The notes beneath the pieces are model-generated. The model searched no databases, was not told the origin of the DNA, and saw nothing but the letters and a program-made list of their open reading frames with translations. This document shows, piece after piece, positions 55,489 to 64,000 of a DNA stretch of 64,000 nucleotides; position 1 is the first letter of the stretch; the number at the start of each line of letters is the position of its first letter. The stretch comes from Octopus vulgaris (taxonomy: Eukaryota), in assembly GCA_951406725.2 (NCBI GenBank), contig OX597835.1, forward strand, positions 4,464,001 through 4,528,000. Direction: 5' to 3'. Both the position numbers and the translations under genes were made by a program.

Positions 55489-55701
55489 ACACACACATTA
55501 GTATTAACTAAGGATCAATTAAATATATACATGGGTCTCTTAGGTATTCTGGAAGGAATTAATAGAAAAATGACGGGTATTAATAACGTCTCCCTAGAGT
55601 CTTCAAACGACAAACACGTAAACACACACACACACACACATACACATACCTGCACATACATACACACACACACATACATATATGTGAATACATATATGTG
55701 A

Positions 55702-55812
<111 letters not shown>

Positions 55813-56098
55813 GGTACAGATATATATATATATGTGTATATATAGGTACACAAATTAAAAATTGTGTGTGTGTGTATGTTTAGTCCTACGTCGGTTTCGG
55901 CGATGAGCACTTCGCTGTTTGATCACATAAACCGCCTACTCATTAAATTGACGCGTAATTGGCTGAGTAATCAACAATCACGTGACGTGTCCTTAAATGG
56001 ATCCTCGTCGTCGGAATAGCGTGAGAAGGATGGGGAAGAAGTCATTTATACCTATTAGAGGGAGTCAGAGAGAAAGAGAAAGAGAGAGAGAGAGGGAG

Positions 56099-56156
<58 letters not shown>

Positions 56157-56236
56157 AGAGAGAGATAAACAGACAGGGACAGAGGCAAGTGCCTGTATGT
56201 ACATATATGTATGTATGTATATATATATAAATATAC

Positions 56237-56267
<31 letters not shown>

Positions 56268-56335
56268 AATGTGTATATACACACACACACACATATATAT
56301 ATATACATATATATATACACACATATAGTTAATTC

Positions 56336-56387
<52 letters not shown>

Positions 56388-56388
<1 letters not shown>

Positions 56389-56577
56389 AATTACGAAGAC
56401 AAAATTGCTTAAACTCTATACTTGTCCTGGATATATTTGTCTCCGCATTTTCATTTATATATTTTTTATGTTGAATGAAATTTAAGATAAATCCTCCCGT
56501 GAGTAACTTGGATGAAACGATTCTGAGTCAACATTCGCAGATTACCTGAAGACTGTCATTAATTGCTCAAATAACGA
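56388..56577 (+). repeat. ~190-bp direct repeat, copy 2
   Basis: See 54519-54709. This copy is flanked by (TA)n on both sides. Confidence 0.92.
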
Positions 56578-56592
56578 CATATATATATATAC

Positions 56593-56713
<121 letters not shown>

Positions 56714-56787
56714 TATATATATATATGTATGTATATATGTGTGTGTATATATATATATATAAAATAAGCAACAAGAATGAATCCGGT

Positions 56788-56877
56788 AATTTAGTACAAT
56801 TGTTTCATACTACAACATTTTATTAAAAGCTGTAAATATTGCACAGATTTAAGATGCCGAGTAATCTTCAGCTAATT
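56788..56877 (-). ncRNA. Type I hammerhead ribozyme with an extended stem II, canonical CUGAAGA core
   Basis: Minus: AATTAG CTGAAGA TTACTCGGCATCTTA...TAAAATGTTGTAGTAT GAAA CAATTG TA CTAAATT. Stem I TTAG/CTAA, palindromic ACAATTGT stem III, GUA triplet. The first pair of stem II is a U-U mismatch. Confidence 0.68.
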
Positions 56878-57013
56878 TTATATAGGTTTTCCAATAATAT
56901 AAAAGTATTCAAATCAATTAATAACATCTTAGGGAAGGGTAAATATACAGATAAAGATGTAGATATGAATTTTAGGAACATGAGGTCGTGTAGTTCAGAT
57001 GCTAACTGACCAA

Positions 57014-57053
<40 letters not shown>

Positions 57054-57072
57054 GTATATATATGTATGTATG

Positions 57073-57167
<95 letters not shown>

Positions 57168-57186
57168 GTATATATATGTATGTATG

Positions 57187-57259
<73 letters not shown>

Positions 57260-57645
57260 GTATATATACATATGTATATATATGTATGTATGTATGTATG
57301 TATGAAGATTTAAGATGCGTGTAACGTCGTCCGTTTCCTGACTCAGTCCCGTCCTGTCACTCTGCAACGCATAATTTTGGCGGCGATTCTCTCCTTTCCA
57401 ATGATGACTCGGTTATTACGGAAGGAAAAATAAACGGATAATGGGAACTTCAGAACACACACACACACACATACAATAGAACACTTACTTCGAAGTTACA
57501 TTCAGTTACAAGTTGTAAATGAACAGCGAGTCGGGATTTATAAACAGCAATACGCAAGAAACGAACAAGATCGATCAGAATGGGAGTCGTGATCAACGAT
57601 TAGGGTTTTAGTGGAGATATGAGGGACTGAATGGAGCAGATGCTG

Positions 57646-58083
<438 letters not shown>

Positions 58084-58125
58084 CGCGCGCTTTAAATAGA
58101 TTTATGCCCTATTAATTACTAAAAA

Positions 58126-58526
58126 TCTATAATTATAGACGCGAAATTCTGTTTATCCATCCGTGACACCTGTGCCTCAGTCTATACTTGCTTTACATTG
58201 ACAGATTCGTTTTTGGAATCAGGATGGTTCCAGGATTGAAAATCTGCCCTTCATTTGGTTCTTAAACATCCAGTATTAGGATCGGGTCTGGATTAGTATT
58301 TGTTATATGCTAACAGTTGAAAACTCAACTGTTAAAAGTACTCAAAATTTTTATGAACTTACAGTTTAACTTGATTTAAACTGAATTTCAAGAAATACTA
58401 TATTCTTGGGGTAGCAACTTATTAGTAGGGTACCAATAAATGCTTTATTATTATTATTGTTCTCTTTGGTTGTGGGTCGCAGGTGCAATTAGTGCTCCGC
58501 AGAAACGAGTGTGGCATTTAAGCTAG
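58126..58526 (+). mobile_element. Non-autonomous Helitron (older)
   Basis: A|TCTATAATTATAGACGCGAAATTCTGTTTATCCATCC at the 5' end; imperfect hairpin CCGCA..TGTGG, then CTAG|T at 58523-58527. Confidence 0.65.
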
Positions 58527-58827
58527 TGTAAAATACATCGATAACAATGTCATTGGAATTAAATTTTATTACAAATATAAGTAAAAAAAAACAAAATTTA
58601 TGGATAAACGTTGATCACAACAAGTTATAAGATTTAAACAGATTATCGACATATAAATTCTCTGAAAAAATACTAAAATTAGTACTTGTAGAATATTGCC
58701 CGTCTATAAATATTTTGGGAGTTATTGGGAAATAGAGAGTTCTACTTCGGTTGGAATATTTTGAGTATATTAATATAATATCAACAGTGGATAAATATGT
58801 TTAGGTATTTTATGTATATATATATGA

Positions 58828-58886
<59 letters not shown>

Positions 58887-58966
58887 TACATATATATATA
58901 TATATATATATAAATATATATATGTATACGTGAATATATATATGTGTGTGTGTGTGTGTATGCATG

Positions 58967-58998
<32 letters not shown>

Positions 58999-59418
58999 GT
59001 ATTAGACAGAGAAGTGAATATATACACGCACCGATACACACACAGACACACACATTACATGCGTGTGTGCACGCACGCGCGAGTGTGTATGTGTGTGTGT
59101 GTGTATGAATCTCTGTATATGTGTGTGTGTGTAAAGGTATGATCCAAGGGTCAAGGTGTAGGAAGTTCGTGAGATTCAAGCAATTCGTAGAAGGCATAAA
59201 AATTTTTTAAAAACAACTTTCGGGAACAATAATGGTTTATTGACGCAGAAAGTTGTGAATTTTTCCCGTATCGAAGTACGATAAGCTGGAAAATAGTTAA
59301 TTTTATAGCTCACGGTTAGGAACATGGGTTGTTGTGTACACGAGTACATGAGACATACATGCATACATACATACATACATACATACATACATAATACATA
59401 CATACATACATACATACA

Positions 59419-59621
<203 letters not shown>

Positions 59622-59679
59622 CAATACATATATACTATATATATATATATATACTATTCTTCTATACTGATCCTTTACT

Positions 59680-59840
59680 TCCTCCCTAGAAAAAAAATGT
59701 CTGTCGGTGTTAAATCAAGTGATCTTGGTGGCCAAATTCCCTTCGAAATAATCCGTTCACCGAAAAACTCTTGAAGAAGTGCCATGGTGATGCGCAAGAC
59801 GAAAAAGAATTCACTACGGGGAGTCTTTATGAGCACCCTG
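59680..59840 (-). pseudogene. Tc1/mariner-superfamily transposase fragment fused to a TIR
   Basis: [31 protein letters not shown] matches the WPPRSPDLTP.DFF.WG motif. TIR CAGGGTGCTCATAAAGACTCCCCGTAG at 59840-59814. Confidence 0.85.
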
Positions 59841-59872
59841 TGTGTGTATATATACATACATACATACATCAT

Positions 59873-60029
<157 letters not shown>

Positions 60030-60074
60030 TATATATGTATATACATATAGATATATATATATGTGTTGTATATG

Positions 60075-60148
<74 letters not shown>

Positions 60149-60344
60149 TTCAGGAAGATTTAGATTCAGATGAATATGGTACTTAAGTTATAGGCACCAG
60201 AATTTTGTATGGTATTATCCATATAAATCAAATGGGGTGAATATAATCAAAATAAGTATATCCAAGGTAGTGCTGCTAATTTTGATTTTATATATATTTA
60301 TATATATATATATATTTATATATAGGTTTGTCTATTTTATATAC

Positions 60345-60375
<31 letters not shown>

Positions 60376-60437
60376 AAATTAGAAAATGGAGAAACATACT
60401 TAAATCAATCAAACATCAATATATATATATATATATG

Positions 60438-60480
<43 letters not shown>

Positions 60481-60514
60481 TATATATATGGTATATATAT
60501 ATAGTATGTATATA

Positions 60515-60606
<92 letters not shown>

Positions 60607-60884
60607 TATAGGTTTGTAAATATGTAGCGATTGATATATGACATTAAATGAGAATAAGTTTAGAATATAAAATTCGATAAACAAAAATGACGCAAAACTT
60701 AAGAAACTTGTGTGTTTGGTTTGTTTATTTATTTAGTTATAGATTTATTTTTATGGATTGAAGGATTTCTACAAAATTTGTATTTGGATTAATATTTTAG
60801 CTTAAAATAATTTACAGCAAACGTCCATAAAATAACACTACCAGATTTTGGATAGCAGCGTTAAATCAACAGTTTATACCTATA

Positions 60885-60926
<42 letters not shown>

Positions 60927-61105
60927 TAGAGAGAGTTAGTGAGAAAGAATACATAGACACATACACACACACACATATATATATATATGTGTATATATAT
61001 ATGCATATATAGTAGATATGTGTGTGTGTGTGTGTGTATTACACAGACAGAGAGAAAGAGAAATGAATGAGAGAGTGGTAGATAGATAGATAGTTAGATT
61101 GATTG

Positions 61106-61145
<40 letters not shown>

Positions 61146-61422
61146 GCATGTATGTGTGTGTGTTTGCGTGTGTGTGTGTGCGAGTGTGTTTGTGTGTGTG
61201 TGTGTGTGTAAGTTATAAGCTATCACTGAGAGTAAATTTGGTGTTATTTAAACTAAGTCAACATAAAATAAAACCTTATGAAATCACACGAAAATTCCAT
61301 GCGTGAAACCAAATATATTAAACCCTGTTTGTCTTAAATATGTATAAGGCAACATTGGAGCTAATTAAAGCAGAAAAAAGTAACGAGCACGTCGGAGGTT
61401 GTCATAGTATTGACTAAACATA

Positions 61423-61587
61423 GGCGCAGGAGTGGGTGTGTGGTAAGTAGCTTGCTTACCAACCACATGGTTCCGGGTTCAGTCCCACTGCGTGGCATCT
61501 TGGGCGAGTGTCTTCAACTATAGCCTCGGGCCGACCAATGCCTTGTGAGTGGATTTGGTAGACGGAAACTGAAAGAAGCCTGTCGTA

Positions 61588-61655
<68 letters not shown>

Positions 61656-61668
61656 TACGACAGGCTTC

Positions 61669-61703
<35 letters not shown>

Positions 61704-61940
61704 GTATGTGTGTGTGTGTGTTTGTGTGTCTGTGTTTGTCCCCCTAGCATTGCTTGACAACCGATGCTGGTGTGTTTACGTCCCCGTCACTTAGCGGCTC
61801 GGCAAAAGAGACCGATAGAATAAGTACTGGGCTTACAAAAGAATAAGTCCCGGGGTCGAGTTGCTCGACTAAAGGCGGTGCTCCAGCATGGCCGCAGTCA
61901 AATGACTGAAACAAGTAAAAGAGTAAAAGAGTAAAGAGTA
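61423..61940 (+). mobile_element. SINE family A, full length
   Basis: tRNA-like head (TGG.TGTGTGGTAAG A box, GGTTCAGTCCC B box), CORE-like CTTGGGC.AGTG, internal (TA)/(TG) tract, 3' body, and tail (GTAAAAGA)n. Confidence 0.93.
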
Positions 61941-62050
61941 AACTGTATAGAACACCTTCTGCAAGGTAAGGGACGTGTACAGTGAACAGGTTAGAACATG
62001 AGTATTTCAAAGTTACAATCTGTTTTATGCAGGGTTATATCGGAAATATA

Positions 62051-62331
62051 GTGGAGGCACATGGCCTAGTGGTTAGAGCAGCGAACTCGCGGTCGAGGGA
62101 TCGCGGGTTCGAATCTCAGACCGGGCGTCGTGTGTGTTTATGAGCGAAACACTTAAGCTCCGCGCGGCTCCGGCAGAAGGTAATGGCGTACTTTTGCTGA
62201 CTCTTTCGCCACAATTTTCTCTGCGACGGACCGACGTCCCGTCCAGGTGGGGAACCTTTACGCCAAGAAACCAAGAAACCGGCCCTTTTGAACCAGGCGT
62301 GGCTCGAGAAGGAACAAACAAAAACAAACAA
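62051..62331 (+). mobile_element. tRNA-headed SINE family C with a 14-bp TSD
   Basis: TGGCCTAGTGGTTAG (A box), GGTTCGAATC (B box), 3' GCGACGGACCGACGTCCCGTCCAGG..GAAACCGGCCC, and an (AAAC)n tail. TSD ATATCG(G/A)AAATATA at 62037-62050 and 62332-62345. Confidence 0.88.
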
Positions 62332-62358
62332 ATATCGAAAATATACATGGCAGTAAAA

Positions 62359-62423
<65 letters not shown>

Positions 62424-62530
62424 AAAAAGAGATACAGGGGCACAGACAAACAGACAACAAACAGGCAGAAAGGCAGAGGTGTAGTTTGCCTATAGCAGTT
62501 TTAAATAGTTTAAAGTGATGGTATTATTTA

Positions 62531-62665
62531 CTTTGCCTTTCATCCTTTCGGGGTCGATAAATTAAGTACCAGTTACGCACTGCGGTCGATATAATCGACT
62601 TAATCCGTCTGTCTGTCCTTGTTTGTCCCCTCTGTGTGTAGCCCCTTGTGGGTAGTAAAGAAGTA
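62531..62665 (+). mobile_element. SINE family B, 5'-truncated with an 11-bp TSD
   Basis: TSD GGTATTATTTA at 62520-62530 and 62666-62676. Confidence 0.92.
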
Positions 62666-63123
62666 GGTATTATTTAAAAAGTGATTGCCTATCTCAAGAT
62701 GGCGTCTTTTATGAGGTTGAATCAAACGATGAACGTATCACTATATTTGCATAAAATCTTTCTACAAACAATGTTTGAGTATAAACTATGTTGCGACTTA
62801 AAACACTCTGATTTATTGTAAGTCACTCATACTATTTAAGCGTTGCAGAAATATGGTATCGCATTCAAAGGAAATCTGGATAGATTGACATGTAAGCTCG
62901 AAGATAAAGGATTATGGTATAACACTGAAGGAGATCAAAATAGAGATTAAAAGAGGGCACGTAGATAATAAGAACGCTTGATTGAATAGGTGTAGAAGAT
63001 GATGTGGAATAATTAGTGTCAAAGAACACCTGTAATTAAATTAATTACAGGTGGCAAATGAATAAATTCTAATAACGTTAACTATCAACGTTCTACTAAC
63101 GTTCTAATAACGTTAACTACCTA

Positions 63124-63294
63124 AGCGTAAGAGTGGCTGTGTGGTAAGTAGCTTGCTTACCAACCACATGGTTCCGGGTTCAGTCCCACAGCGTGGCACC
63201 TTGAGTAAGTGTCTTCTACTATAGCCTCGGGCCGACAAAAGTGTTGTGAGTGGATTTGGTAGACGGAAACCGAAAGAAGCCCGTCGTATATATG

Positions 63295-63368
<74 letters not shown>

Positions 63369-63571
63369 TGTGTCTGTGTTTGTCCCCCCAAAATCGCTTG
63401 GTGTATTTACATCCCCTTAACTTAGCGGTTCGGCAAAAGAGACCGATAGAATAAGTACTAGGCTTACAAAGAATAAGTACTGGGGTCGATTTGCTCGACT
63501 AAAGGTGGTGCTCCAGCATGGCGTCAGTCAAATGACTGAAACAAGTAAAAGAGTAAAAGAGTAAAAGAGTA
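63124..63571 (+). mobile_element. SINE family A, full length
   Basis: Collinear with 61423-61940; tail (GTAAAAGA)3. Confidence 0.93.
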
Positions 63572-64000
63572 CTATTAGATATCCTTAATGCGATTTAATA
63601 AGATAGTTACACAATAATTGAGTCTAACTTTAAACAATCAAAAGGTGGGGCTCTACAAGAATCTAGAATCCAGGTTTATTTACTGCCACTGTGTAAATTC
63701 TTTGATATGTTTTAGCCAGGTTAACGATACTGAAGCAGCTGTTTTTTTTTTGGTGGGGGGGAATATTGTTGTAGTGGATAGACTGCGACTTTATGTTTTA
63801 GCTTCTATCATCTTGGGAGTAATATGAGATAAATATAGTAGATGAATATAATATTCTAGAGAATGTTCTGGGAATGTGTTCAATAAATTATTTGAAATGC
63901 TTTAAAGTTCCCAAAATCCTACGCTTGTAAGATAAGACTATTTCAAAGGTTTAAATTGTCTGATGATGGCGAAGATAAATTTAAAGGATTCTGAGGTGCA

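Overview
This is AT-rich, microsatellite-saturated eukaryotic DNA (intronic or intergenic) with no supportable host protein-coding gene; nearly all listed ORFs are translations of (TA)n, (CA)n, (TATG)n, (GATA)n or trinucleotide repeats. The repeat families look to me like those of octopus or another coleoid cephalopod, from recall and not verified. Identifiable content: many tRNA-headed SINEs of at least five families, some with clear TSDs; two Dong/R4-clade LINE remnants embedded in trinucleotide repeats; a decayed RTE-like RT; a Penelope-like GIY-YIG remnant with a twin-priming-type inversion; Tc1/mariner MITEs and a transposase fragment; and three non-autonomous Helitrons. The most notable signal is a set of at least 6 distinct short non-coding elements, mostly inside (TA)n tracts and often inverted. 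They carry minimal type I hammerhead ribozyme folds with palindromic stem III, as in Penelope-like elements and retrozymes. Several share a CCGANGA (U4C) core variant, and one lies downstream of a tRNA-type Pol III head. All folds and translations were read by eye and need computational and experimental confirmation.
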